A stretch of DNA of 63,673 nucleotides, the filler included, from Salisapilia sapeloensis CBS 127946 (lineage: Eukaryota; Protista; Oomycota), in the NCBI GenBank assembly GCA_023334545.1. It is 7 parts of 7 records of this genome, joined end to end, with 100 filler letters (N's around TTAATTAATTAA, not from the genome) between each part and the next. Parts side by side here need not be neighbours in the genome. Positions count along the whole stretch, not along the records: positions 22,229 to 45,655 come from JAADVB010000265.1; positions 45,756 to 54,422 come from JAADVB010000481.1; 5 more parts are not named here. One strand, given 5' to 3'. The notes beneath the pieces were generated by a model. It made no database searches, had not been told where the DNA came from, and worked only from the letters and a program-made list of their open reading frames with translations. The position numbers and the translations under genes were made by a program. Positions 33,856-46,282 of the stretch are shown one piece after another (positions within the stretch are counted from its first letter, which is position 1; the number at the start of each line of letters is the position of its first letter).

Positions 33856-35874
33856 ATGACGAGGAGCTTTCGACGGCCTGTCTTTCCAGTAGCTCTAGCT
33901 GCCCTCCTCGGGTGCTACCTGCTCTTCGTCTTCTACGCATACCCTTCCATCTCCAGCATGAGCCTCGCGTCGGAACACCTACGAGGCGTCGTGTCGAGCT
34001 CGAAGCAGCCACCACCTGACACTCAAGTCGAGAAGACGCTAGACGACGCGCAAGAGGCATTCGAGGCTGACCCGTTCAATGTGCACGGTGATGTTGGGAG
34101 CACACGTGATGATACTGGTGAACTTTCGGAAGCTCCGAATGCCGTACAAATGACAATGATGCCTCCGTCGGAGAAGCACCAATCGGTAGTGGACGTCGAT
34201 GAAAAGAGGGAGGAGGATTTGGAACGGAATATAGATCTTTCTATTGCCCATGGGGCACCTTCTTTCTATCCTTCATCTTCCCCCGTTCCGTCCTCGTCGC
34301 CCGTGATCTCAGGAACGATCGAAGAGCATGAAGAACTACTCGAAAAGCGACGGCAAGTGCTGGCTGAACGCAAGGCAGCTTTGGCAAAGATCGAAGAAGA
34401 AATCGCCTTGGCTCAAAAAGCCTTCGACAAAGAGAATGAAAAGGTAGAGACTCTCAAACTGGCCGAGATGCTGGACATCCGTACTCAACCAAAGCGACTG
34501 AGGAATTTTAAATGTCTCGGATGGCGTCAGACCGGTGGATGTAGTGCCTTTGGTGATCGTGAACCGCAACAAGATGCAGACTGTGAGACAGAAATCCACG
34601 CTGGCAGCTCTGGCTTTTGTGAGCTCCTGGACACGGACACGAACGAAAGGTTCCGTGCCATGCAAATCAACTGCGACAGTTTGAAAGACGAGGTCATCTT
34701 CCAATGTTCCCAAGCAACGGACTTTGCGAACTTTGCTGTGCGCAGTGAAATGATGATCTCAAGTGTCGAAACGCAGGTTGGCCAGGGGAAGTTGCAAGGA
34801 GAGAAAGGAAACGGTCGCGGCATCGTTATGGTAGTTTACCCTCGCTTAATGACGAGTGCATACGCAACGATCAAAGCTCTGAGAGATCTACAGAAGTGTA
34901 CGCTACCAATCGAACTATGGTATCGACCAACGGAGATGAGTCGAAGTCCGACGAAAAGGAGAATCTTGCAAGCGATTGCGGATAAAATTGACAACATCGA
35001 GCTGCGTCCGATCGATCAGCTGCATGTGAGTGGCTTCAACAGCAAGATCCACGCCATTTACTTTAGCAACTTTCGTCACGTCTTGTTCCTCGACTCGGAC
35101 AACACTCCTCTTCACGACCCTGCTTTTCTATTCGACACGCCGCAGTACCAAGACACGGGTGCGCTCTTCTGGCCAGACTTTTGGCACCCGAATAACACTA
35201 TCTTTAACATCCACGAACGATCACTCTTGTGGCAACTAGTCGACATGGAATACGTTGACATGTTCGAACAGGAGAGTGGACAGCTCGTCATTGACCGCTA
35301 TCGATCTGCAGTACCACTGGAGCTCGTTCAGTTTTACGCTTCTCACGTACCCAGTCATTTCGATCATATGAAACTAGCTCATGGAGACAAAGACTTGTTC
35401 CGCTTGGCATGGCTTAAGACCAATCGGTCATACACGATGGTGCCTTTCCCTCCAGCATCCGTAGGTACCGTCCGCCATGACGTGTACTGCGGGATGACGA
35501 TGGTTCAGTATGATCTTGACGGACAGATTTTATTCCTCCATAGGAACAACAAGAAGCTAAACGGCCGTCCTTTTGCGAAAGATCATGCGTATTGGCGCGC
35601 TGTACAGAGCTTTGACTGGAAAGGAAAGAGATTGGAAAACGTCGAGCTGGAGAATGGAATGATGACATACAAAAGTATAAAGGAACACTATCAAGTGGCT
35701 ATCCACAACAGCGCTCCACTTTTCCGAGAGTTCCAGTCTTGCTACGGGGCAAAAGTATCATTTGCAGAGGATTCTTTTAACTTGACCTATGTGGCGAACG
35801 AAGAAATTGGCAGACTTGAAGATCAGATTATCGACTTTGCTCATGAAGCGGCGTTGATGCAACGCCCCTCCTAG
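33856..35874 (+). CDS. GT71 family alpha-mannosyltransferase-like glycosyltransferase
   Basis: TM anchor, Cys-rich domain, RGIVMVVYP, LPIELW, LFLDSDN (DxD), FWPDFW, QESGQLVID, GDKDLFRLAW. Confidence 0.9.
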   Translation: MTRSFRRPVFPVALAALLGCYLLFVFYAYPSISSMSLASEHLRGVVSSSKQPPPDTQVEKTLDDAQEAFEADPFNVHGDVGSTRDDTGELSEAPNAVQMTMMPPSEKHQSVVDVDEKREEDLERNIDLSIAHGAPSFYPSSSPVPSSSPVISGTIEEHEELLEKRRQVLAERKAALAKIEEEIALAQKAFDKENEKVETLKLAEMLDIRTQPKRLRNFKCLGWRQTGGCSAFGDREPQQDADCETEIHAGSSGFCELLDTDTNERFRAMQINCDSLKDEVIFQCSQATDFANFAVRSEMMISSVETQVGQGKLQGEKGNGRGIVMVVYPRLMTSAYATIKALRDLQKCTLPIELWYRPTEMSRSPTKRRILQAIADKIDNIELRPIDQLHVSGFNSKIHAIYFSNFRHVLFLDSDNTPLHDPAFLFDTPQYQDTGALFWPDFWHPNNTIFNIHERSLLWQLVDMEYVDMFEQESGQLVIDRYRSAVPLELVQFYASHVPSHFDHMKLAHGDKDLFRLAWLKTNRSYTMVPFPPASVGTVRHDVYCGMTMVQYDLDGQILFLHRNNKKLNGRPFAKDHAYWRAVQSFDWKGKRLENVELENGMMTYKSIKEHYQVAIHNSAPLFREFQSCYGAKVSFAEDSFNLTYVANEEIGRLEDQIIDFAHEAALMQRPS

Positions 35875-36476
35875 TTTTTGTGGACGTAGAGCTCCACCGG
35901 GATAGACTTTTTGCTTGTTGGAAGTATCAATAGAATACAGTGCTACATGGGTAAGTTCGAGACGTTGTATCTTGCATCACTTGCTCTCAATGACCGAAGT
36001 CTTTGGTTGATGATGCGTGAGATGTGTTTGAGCAATTGTGTGTGACTAGTGGAATACAAATATTGTAAATGGCTTTTATCTCTCTGGTCATTCCGAAACA
36101 ATATTGGTGTCCTGGTGTGATAAGGAAAGTCTACTCAACACTTTATTATGTTCAAATCAGGCACCTATCCAAGATCATTGCATTGGTGACAGTCATAGCA
36201 AGAGCCTACACTAAGATTTCTGTCTGCGTAGCCCAACTATCCTTTACTCTAAATCACCGAGTACAAATTGATTTGATTGCTATTAATTCGTTTCTAAAGT
36301 AAAGGCTTCCGTCAAGCTAGCTATACCTCTTCATTTCATAACTCCCATAGTGCATTAGCAGACAAGTATCTTTCATCCGCGCCCATTTCGCCATCAATAC
36401 CTATCTCCTCATCACGAACACGAAAGCAACCTGCACGTACAAGTCAAGTGCATATATTTACTTATTCGCAACAAAG

Positions 36477-37959
36477 TCAAAGTACACATTGAAATAGAAT
36501 GCCTTCCGGTGCCTCCAGCTTCTCTTCAGCGTCGCCTTTATCGCTATCCTCGCCATCATATCCATGCCTCACTTGCTCTTGCCAAACTTTTCCTCCTCTC
36601 TCCAGCATCTCTCGCTCACTCTCAATCTCCTGTGCATTCTTCGCTCGAGCGAGCTGCATCTGTCGGTGAAACCTCTCTGTTCGCTCCATCTGCATCTGCC
36701 GGTGTTTCTCCATCGCGTCCAATCGACTGCGAATGGTACCTGGATCCATCTGCGCACCATGCATCTCAGTCGGCATCATGACGCCAAAGCCGGGATGGTT
36801 TATGCTTATCATCGGATGTGCATTGGAGGCAGCAGTCGCCGCGATTGGGCTCGACGTTAAGAGCGCTGAAGCGTTGGCTTCACTCAATGCTGGACTTTCG
36901 AACTGCGTCATTGCATCGTCCGAAGACGACGGTGCCGTCATGTTTCCAATATCGAGCGCTTCCTGCTGACGCTGATGAAGACGCAGGCGGAATATGGCAG
37001 CCAATCGCTCTTTGGTCGCATAGCGTGCAGCTTGCGTTGACTCTGACTGATCTCCCGCCGCCTCCATCGAAAGAGGGTCCGCAGCCAGTTGAGAGGCCAG
37101 CGGAGGTTGGCAGTCGGTCGAATCGTCTACTGGCACCACGTCTTCAGTCGCAGTACAGACTTGACTTTGAGATACAGGCTTTGCTTGGATAGGCTTCGTT
37201 TTATCATCCCCGCTCTTTTCTACGTCTTTCTCCATTTCTTTATCGACTTCTTCCTCTGCCCCTTTCCTTTCATTTGCATTTGACCCGCCCTCTTCTACTT
37301 GGACACTTGGTTCGGTCTTTGCCTTTTTTGTTGGCTTCCGCTCCATTTTTTCTCTTTGCTCTCGTTTGACGCCAGCTTTTGCTTTCTCCTCTAGTTCAGT
37401 CATTTTGTTGCCTTTCACCCTTCCTTTTGGTGCTTTCTTCCGATCTTTACCAGAGCTCACGATCAAATCCAGTAGAGTTTTATCCAGTTTGGCTCGAGCT
37501 ACTTTCGGCAGTTTCTTCATGTGCTTCAGTCGGCGCTGCGTAGATGGGTCGTCCAAGCACACTGGATCGAAGAGAGACGATTTGCCATCCCAACTCATGT
37601 CCTTCTTCTTTACACCGTCTTTGCAATGTCAATTACACTGACTAGAGTTCAGGCCATGAAACAAGCTTACCTGTGTGTGTCGCATGTGCCGCGAGAGATT
37701 TGACAGACACCCATGCGTCAAACCTCGTGTTCCAGCCGACGTAGTGCAAAAACACGCGTTCTTTCGACGGATCCACCTCCATGATTTTTGCCTCGCTCCA
37801 CTCCTTCTCCACGTCTCGAGCGTCGACGAACAGACCTAGACCATTGCTCCACCCTGCTTTATCATTAATATCCTTCTCTTTCGGCTTGACTGCTTCCTTG
37901 GACAACGAACTGCCTTCTGGAAGCATAGTCGACCGCAGCAGTCTCCTCGTCACGTACAT
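36477..37959 (-). CDS. Tudor-knot/chromo-barrel protein with a long low-complexity and coiled-coil tail, 2 exons
   Basis: VDARDVEKEWSEAKIMEVD...VFLHYVGWNTRFDAWV. A GTAAGC donor and AG acceptor join it to the 373-aa ORF. Confidence 0.75.
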
Positions 37960-39360
37960 TGGGTTCGATTGCAGGAGTGGATGGAGGATCGTTTTATCTA
38001 CTCGTTTGTATACTGCGGAGCGACAGGGTTTCTGCCCCTCGCAACTTGAAGTGAAGGCGACTCCTCAGGATCGAAAAGCTATGTTTGACTTGACAGAAAG
38101 GATGCTAGGTTTCCAGTAATATAGCAATGCCTAGCAATACAGCGGCTGATCTGTTGATATCTACCCACATAACTACATGGATAGCTAGATTAGTGCACTG
38201 GTAAGCACACATGCCAATGAGGCTACGAACGGCAAAAATACTTGGATGCTAGTCTTGCTGCTATTGTAAATGCCAAGTAGCTCGTGTTGGTTTGAAATCC
38301 ACGTCGAATGAAGCCTACCTGAAACTAGGCAAGTATGATATCGTCGACCAGTTTTAGTTCTTTGCTTGCTTGGTCAACTGATCGAAAATATTTACCCGTC
38401 TCTATCTTGAAATGTAAAGATCAAAGCAGTAGCTATAGTGATAAGATGTACAAGGGATCGCTGGCGGAAAGGAAGATAATTACCTACTTGGATTCCACAA
38501 TTTTAATGCAGGTTAGTCTGGTCTGAGCTATCCGACCGAGGCAATCAGAGCGTGAGTACATGCAGTATTTTTGGCAGTGCCTACAACCAACGATTTTGCC
38601 GGTGTTGAGTAGGATGTGGGATCCGGATTTAAATGCCAGCTGCGCTTTAAATCTTCCAATTGCAATTTGAGTCCAAAGGAGCCTGCAATCACGTGTGCAC
38701 GTTTCAGGCAGGCCGTATCATAGTTTGTCTTCCAATCACCGCCTACCAGTAACGATGCAATCTGCTTCACGATGAGCGATGATGCACATCTAAATTAAGT
38801 CGTACTTGTCAGCCCGATTAATGTCCACGTTCAGAACATTTTTCTACCGCGTTTTGAGACCCGTACGCTGCTTGGTAATATATTCGAAGATTTATCCTTA
38901 TCCGTGTTGCTTTCACGTGTTAAATACGACGCTTCTACTTGTGTACCCACCGTTAAGGACGCCTGGTCTTTTTCTACCTACTTTCTGATCGCATGCAAAG
39001 ACGACGTCGAATTGCTGAGCAACACGGACGAAAGGAAGGCACAGCCTTGGCCCGACACTTGTGACAAACCCTATACGAGGAAGCGAGCAGACTGGACAAT
39101 ATACGATTGAAACGCAAGATACGCAACGAAGAGGTACATCTCACCTAATTTTTCGTAGCCCATCCTCACTTTCATCATGATTGCACTCAGCTCTGCTTTA
39201 CACCGACAGGCGCGCTTAATTAGGGATAAAAGACCAGAGTTTGTACACCCTCCTATCCATCTCGCTAGCTGATGTGAACTATCCGTGCAAATTACCATGT
39301 ATTTCGAAATAAAGATTAAAATAAAAGTGGTTGACACGCTGCATCCACCCCTTCTCTTCA

Positions 39361-39998
39361 TCAATTGCCCTTTGCATCCAACGCCAGACTGTCGGCATGA
39401 TGCTTGCAGTAATACTCGTGCTTTTGATACGATCGACGGTTGCACCCGTCCATTCGGCACCGGTTGCCGCCACCGTGGGCCCAGCACTTTCCTCCTGGAG
39501 CTGCTACCTTGATACATCCTTCCACGTCACAAATGTGGCCGCCTCCGTGAGACCAGCAGTAGCCATAACGCTTCGCTTTCGAAGTACATCCGTCTACTGT
39601 GCATAGTTTATAGCCGCCATGGTGGAAGCACCGGTTGTACAGTCGAGCTCCGTGCGTGCAGTTCGGATAGGTGCATCGAGATCCGCCCTAGGAGGCACAT
39701 AATGTCAGAAATAGGGAAGATGTAGAGAAGCTCAAGGCAGACGTACCCCGTGTCGAACACAACGATTCCGCGAAACTGCTGCACGAGGGCAGTTGGGGTG
39801 TGTACAAGCACCAGCCTTCCGAGCTCTCATCTTTCCTCGATGATTGCCGCCCGCTAGTAGCTGCTTAACTCGCGTTTGCATGAGCTTCTGTTCATCGACT
39901 GTCATCTTTTGCTCTTCTTCACTCGAGGTAGCATCCATCTCGACATCCGGTTCTCCGTCGCTCGGATTCAGGATGTAGGCGACTCTAGACTTGTCCAT
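39361..39998 (-). CDS. Protein with five CX4C-X9/10-CX2H(GG) repeats (often annotated WRKY19-like); intron 39688-39746
   Basis: CTHPNC..CVRHGG / CTYPNC..CFHHGG / CTVDGC..CWSHGG / CDVEGC..CWAHGG / CRMDGC..CKHH. Confidence 0.85.
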
Positions 39999-41039
39999 TC
40001 TGATAATAAAATATTTGTCTTGTGTCGTTAGGAGCAACTTGGCGAGTGACACAGGCAGGAGAGCAAGTGGTGCTATTGCATAGATGTATATAAGCATTTG
40101 CTAACGCAATCTTGGCGAGAACTGAAAAGTGACAAGCTTTCTCATTGCTGCGTCACTGCTCGCTGATTGGCACGACCGACCTCACAGCCTTTTCCGGTGA
40201 AGCGATACCCCTCCCCTCTTCGTGACGCGCTCAATTAGCTCATGCGCGCCCAATTTTCTTCCTGCTGCCTACGCCAAGGCCAGAGGTACGGCCTACCATG
40301 AGACTACCTTCACATCATCATCCGAGCACTACCTATTCTAGTCCTGAGAAAATGGAAGAGGATCAGCATCTCCGTGGAAGCTTCCACGCTTCAAAAGATG
40401 TGCTGGTGCTTGGCACAAGCTGAAGATACAAGGGTTGCACACCCTTCACCTCGCTCTGCCACCTGCTCGTTTCGACATTCGTACGGTCGTGTCTCGAAAG
40501 TAAATGTGGAGCAGCCATCGACTAGGTATGCGTTAGTATGCGATCCTAACGTCAATACTGGCGTGGAGAATTCCACAGTACATGTTGAGCAAGCATCATC
40601 CGCTCTTGTCAGCTCTATCCTGATTCTGCACTGGCATCTTATTCGAGTTGAAAGAAACTTGGCTGTCAGCAAGATCCAATGCTTGGATACAAGCCGTGGT
40701 GTCTTTATCCAGTACCAGCGTGCGCCATATCACAGCACAAACTGGAGAGAGCAGACTGGATTATGCGCCAAGACGAATCAGGTTGGCTCGACAGATATAG
40801 TATAGCCGTGGTCAGTATGAAGTTGGATGATGTGAAGCCCATCTCTGGCGCGAAGACGTCTCGAAATTCGCTTAATGGAATCTTTCTGCATTTCTCCATT
40901 TGCTTTCATGACTCGATCTCGTTGTTCCATCAGACAAATTCGAATGGAAACACGCACTTGTCATCCCCCACATCGCATCTACTTGCAATCGCTCTGTTTC
41001 TCACACGCATCCAGTGACTGAAATCGACGATCGAAAGTC

Positions 41040-41210
41040 ACTCGGCTTGGACTAGATTTACGCATCGTCAAGGAGCAGGTCATCCCAGCTTAGTGGGCTG
41101 ATCAAAATGAAGCCTAGAGTCCCCCATTGGATGCGCTGACCGTTTCGTTCGCCTATTAAAGCCAAGAACGTGGTAGGGAATGCTTATGAACTCGATTGCA
41201 CGTACACGGA
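41040..41210 (+). mobile_element. Possible degraded Ty3/gypsy integrase C-terminal remnant
   Basis: One frame reads ...GLIKMKPR...*PFR...VVGNAYELD, resembling the KLxPRxxGPFxV...GNAYxLxL motif, with stops. Confidence 0.3.
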
Positions 41211-41757
41211 TACGAGACAAATTTGCTGCTGTTTGAAGGGTACCACGAATGCTGGTGTTCTAGTAGTGAAACATGAGGACTTTAACATCCAAGTGACATC
41301 TTACTGAGTTCGATGTCAGCATCCCTCGATCGCTTACCAATCTTTTGCCACGCTACATTGTTCATAACGTAAAACCTGGTGTCTCCATCCAAGCAACTCC
41401 ACCTATTAAACGAATGCCTTATCTGCGTATCATGAACGATCCAAATGGCGATCTTGCTACATGCAGCATGCATCGCACCGAACAAGACTAGCCAATGCAC
41501 AGAGTCCCTTTCGTCTGTATTGCGTACCTTGCTTGCTCATCACTATTAAGAGACGTCCCTTCCAACGTGTCTCGCTTCCAACCTGCGAGAACCGCTCTCC
41601 GCCTCACTGCGATATTCGGAATGAGCAAAAGGTCTAAAAAAAGCGATAAACGCGTACTTCAAGTTGAACTGCATCCACTCGACCATCGAAACAAATCTCA
41701 AAACGACGTACAGACCACTTCAACCGAAAGCAGTGTATGTGGACCCTTACGTCTCTC

Positions 41758-43637
41758 CTACTCTACGTCTTCATGTCTGCTCGAGCGTGGCGTGTACCCA
41801 GACGACTCAAAATCGAAGCGCATCTCCTTTCGCATGTGCGCATCCTTGGCAGAGTGGCTTGGCGTCGTCATGCCCGTCATGACGGGACTCATACCGCCCA
41901 TAGATGGAGTCGAAAAGCCCATGTATGTCGACCGCATGGCAACATCCATTTCAATCTCTTCCCGATTCAACACCTCTCCCTCGGACTGCTTGACTGCCCG
42001 CCGAGCGATGCGCGCCCAGTCGACGAGATAAAGTGCGAGCGAGATGAGACCGAACTTGGCTCCTTCTCCAACGACACTTCCCCACCAGAGGCCGATGAGC
42101 CCTCCGTCCATCTGAATCCCCAGAACGTACGACGCAGGCATCATGATTACCCAAGATCCAACAACTGTGATCGCCACAAGCGTCGTTGCTAAAGACATTG
42201 CTTCGAAGACGGCCGCCAGGATGACGTGGAGGCCGGACACGAAGACCGCCAGGCAGAACACTGGCATCACTTGATTCAGCACTTGCGTAATCTCTTGGTC
42301 GTTTGTAAATAACTGGATGATGTACGTTCGGAAGATAAGGACACCAAAGGAGGAGATCGCAGCCGCCAAGCCTCCTAGCACAAATCCTACCTCCGCTACG
42401 CGCTTAGCAGCCCGCGGACGGTATGCTCCGAGATAGTTGGCGCACCTAACCTGACAGGGCAGTGCGAAGCCCCAATAGAGTCCAAAGATGAGACCCCAGA
42501 GACTGAATAGGACACTGTTGGCTGCCAAATTGACAGCCCCGAAAGTCCCGGCGATGGCCGACAGCGCGTTGTACACCCACTCGTCCAAGGCAAGGTTGAG
42601 GGTCATGGCAACAGACAAGGAGATGAAAGACCGAACGCGAGACCACTGGAGACACGCGCCGATATCCCATCCGTACCATGTCTTGCGATGGTACCCTTTG
42701 TAAGCAAAGGCGTAGCCCCACAGCGCGATTGGCTGGAAGTAGGAGGCAACAATCTGAGCGATGGCAGACCCGATGAAATGAAAGCCTGGGATTGGTCCTA
42801 CGCCGTAGATGAAGACATAGTTAGAGATGAGGCAGACGCCAACACTCAGGACACTGATGATTGTGGGAGGATCAACGATCTCCTGTGCCATGAGGTATTG
42901 CCGCATCGCACAGTAGTAGGCTTGAGCTAGGACAGTAGGAGAGATGAGACGGGCGTAGACGTCAGCTAGACGCAGGACTTCGGCATCGTCTGTGACGAAC
43001 GCTAGGATCTTGTCGACGTAAAAGAACGACACGATGGCTGGGATGCTAAAGATGGTCACGAAGATCAGCCCTAGCTGCAGCCAGATGCCTACGAGCTCGT
43101 AGTTCCGAGCACCACAGGCTTGACCGCACAAAGTGTTGAGGGACACAGCAAAACCGAGGATGAGCATCTGTGCCGCATTCGTCCAGATACCTGCGAGTGC
43201 CGAGGCAGCGAGTTCCGTCGGACCCAAGTGGCCAAGAAACGCTGTGGAAATGGTGGAGAGGCTGATACGACAAAAGGTGGTGATGCTGACCCTCCAGGCC
43301 ATGGCAAAGATGGCCGTCGTCTCCTCGTTCCAAGTCGGTGGGTCATCTACGAATGCAAGAGTTATTGACGAAACTTATTGGTACACTAGTGCTCACTAAA
43401 GTGCATCCTGTAGCCTCACAGCAATGCGCAAGGTATAAATACAGTACAATCAGTGCAATGATACACGTGGCTCTCTAGTCATTGTTGGCATTCATGCAGA
43501 AATGCGGCAGACTCACCTTCATGTGGTGCATCGACGCCATTCTTTGTGAGGAGAGAGAGCTCCGTTGCAATTGGTGGTAGTGGTGATAGCAGAGGGGTCG
43601 ATTCAGAGCATCGCTCTTTATCATCTTGACCTGTCAT
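41758..43637 (-). CDS. MATE family efflux transporter; exon 1 43637-43516, intron, exon 2 43348-41758
   Basis: FLGHLGPTELAASALA, LNTLCGQACGARNY, RCANYLGAYRP and about 12 TM helices. The N-terminal ESTPLL exon joins through GTGAGT...AG. Confidence 0.92.
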
Positions 43638-44123
43638 TCTGCTTTAAACAGCGTTCCACTCGCTTATACGTCTGCTTGGATGAGCTTTTGAACAGGCGAC
43701 TATTGGCATTGTGGATGTATACAATTTACAAGTTAATCCTGTATTTAGAGAGTGGTCACAACCCTCTACTTAGCCGTTGCTCTTCCGTGTATAAACTACT
43801 AGTAGAAAATGACGTTTAGATGTAGAGCGTCATTTTTGTTGTCTTGCGTTTATTACGACGTAGTAGAAGGAAATATTGCTGATAGAGACCATGCACATAG
43901 TCATCACCGCACGTGGTCGATTGCAGATTGATAGATATTTGACAAGTTCCACTCACGGTTTAATGCATCCGAGGGTCTACTCACGATGTCGAGGTCAAAG
44001 GCATTGACGACACTAGGCCACTTCCTCTAGACCTTCAACTGACATGGACACTTGCCATGCACTATTTGGCATAAAATTTAATAGCTACTCACTTTCCGTC
44101 AATTCTGGACACACATCTATAAA

Positions 44124-45271
44124 ATGAAGAATCAAGGGCTAGACTCGGCCTTGCGGCAGCTAGGCGAGGATATGCGGGACTTATGGCAGCCTATATGCGA
44201 TGTACCTCGTGAAGACGCTCGCACACTTACTCCACTTCGTTTCTATCGCGATTATGTTGCAAAAAGTATGCCGGTAATCCTAGAGCATGTACTTGAGTCG
44301 GACCAATGGCTCCACGCTCGAGAGCATTGGAAAGATGATGAATATATCATTGGTCGCGTCGGAGAGCAGTCTCAAGTCTCAGTAAATGTGACTCCGTTCG
44401 GCGAAGGTGATGCTATTTTGGAGCTGAGTGAGTCCAAACAACTCTTCGTATTGCCAGAAGAGAGAGCGATGACAATGCGTGAGTTTTACACTGCTTTGAA
44501 GAGTAGGAACGACTTTGACGGCGTTCCTTACCTGTCGCATCAAGTAATGGACTAAAGGAAAATATGGAAGCGCCATACTCATTTGTAAACGTAGAATGAT
44601 AGTTTGCGTACTGAGTTTCCAGACCTGTACGCTCAAATACCCATCTCCCTACCGCTGGCACAAGAAGCGTTTGGAAACAATGCTGAAGCGGTCAACTTGT
44701 GGATCGGAGACGAAAGAGCTGTCTCTACGATGCATAAAGATCACTTTGAAGTACGTATGAATACAATCGACATGACAATAATGCCAACTCCTTACTCGCA
44801 CATTAGAATATGTACTGCGTTGTCGTAGGTAAGAAGCATTTTACACTGCTTCCACCACCCGCTATAGCTTTTCTTTACGAAGAAGAACATGCAGTCGGAT
44901 GTTTCAGTCATTCTGCTTCTTCCGGGATCCTCGATGAAGAAGCTAATCGCTTATTCCATGAAAAATATCCTGAATATACGAGTTGGAGCATTACGAAAGA
45001 AGAAGAAGGAGAGAACAAAACGCCTTGGGTTGCTGTTGATCCTCTTCGTATTGACACGGAAAAGTTTCCTCGGGCGAACGAGCTTTGTCCGATTGAATGC
45101 GTGGTGGAAGAAGGAGAAGTGCTCTACTTGCCAGCACTTTGGTACCATCGCGCAACCCAATTAGAAAAGACCATTTCCGTCAATTACTGGCACGATATGG
45201 ATTTTGACTGTCGATACGTCTATTACAACTTTATACACGAGATTTCCTCCACACTTGGTGCTTCTGCCTAG
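44124..45271 (+). CDS. JMJD7: JmjC/cupin-8 oxygenase JMJD7, 3 exons
   Basis: FYRDYVAKSMPVI, YLSHQ/NDSL, VNLWIGDERAVSTMHKDHFE/NMYCVVVGKKHFTLLPP, LYLPALWYH (HxD...H triad). Confidence 0.9.
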
Positions 45272-45655
45272 CTCGAGAAAGATTGCAATTGGAACCAGCA
45301 GTCTACTACTGTAGGTATTCACAAAGACAATGCACGATTTTGACTATGGTCTCAGTGCATTTTCATTCCATTTGGCTCAAAAAGCACATTGCGTATATTC
45401 TTTAGCCTATTGGGCATGGCAAATACTCTTTTCCAGCTAAAATATCATCAATACTCTGCCAAAGAACTCATATCTCGTTCGATGTTAGCATTTCCTTTCT
45501 CTATCTCGTGGCTAGAAAGTTCACGGCGGAGCCTACTGACAGCAAGAGACGGATCGGTGGTTGAGCGGCTGGAGCGCTCTGGCGTTCGGTGTTGTGATGG
45601 TTTGCCGGAAGGTTTCCAGTTGCTCCAGCGATACCTCTGCTTCCTCCGAAAAGAC

Positions 45656-45755
45656 NNNNNNNNNNNNNNNNNNNNNNNNNNNNNNNNNNNNNNNNNNNNT
45701 TAATTAATTAANNNNNNNNNNNNNNNNNNNNNNNNNNNNNNNNNNNNNNNNNNNN
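45656..45755. other. Artificial 100-nt contig spacer
   Basis: N44-TTAATTAATTAA-N44. Confidence 0.97.
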
Positions 45756-46179
45756 AGCATACTGCATTCGAATCACCTGCTACGCGCTGATGCCGAACGC
45801 GTGGGTGGCCATCCCGTTCGAGTTCCTCCACGGCATGACATTCGGTCTGTCATGGGCGGCCATCATCCAGTACATGTACAAGCGTGCTCCGGTTGGAGCC
45901 GAAGCTACTTTATTAGGAATGACGAATGGTGTCCAAAACGGTCTCGGACGCGCGCTCGGCACACTCCTTGGAGGCTACTTATACGAGAATTATGGTCCGC
46001 GAGTGATGTGGGGAGTCACGGATCTATTTGTTCCATTGGCTTTGTGTACCATCACCCTCTTCGCCTACCTGAAAAAAGATGACAGCACGAAAGAAAATGC
46101 AACATTGGAAGAAGAGGTCGAGTTGTTGTCACCAGTAAATGCAAATGCGTCGGAAGGTGCCTACGGCACTGATGAGTAG
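45756..46179 (+). CDS. MFS transporter (MFS_1-like/MFSD6 type), C-terminal part, copy 1
   Basis: EFLHGMTFGLSWAA...GLGRALGTLLGGYLY; 5' part lost in the gap. Confidence 0.85.
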
Positions 46180-46282
46180 TGTAGCTTGTGCGTAATAGAA
46201 GTCTTTGCCAGTACTTAGTGGATCTATTCCAAGTTACTTCTTGGACACAGCTTTGATCAAATAGCATCGAAAATTAATAACG

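Noticed and set aside
38100-39350. Short ORFs (38528-38770, 38904-39110) as possible CRN effector or TE remnants
   Set aside because: No LFLAK/HVLV or transposase/RT motifs seen.
45389-45703. Plus-strand ORF running into the gap, and possible minus-strand gene end at 45655
   Set aside because: The ORF length is inflated by Ns; two minus frames are equally plausible and neither is recognisable.
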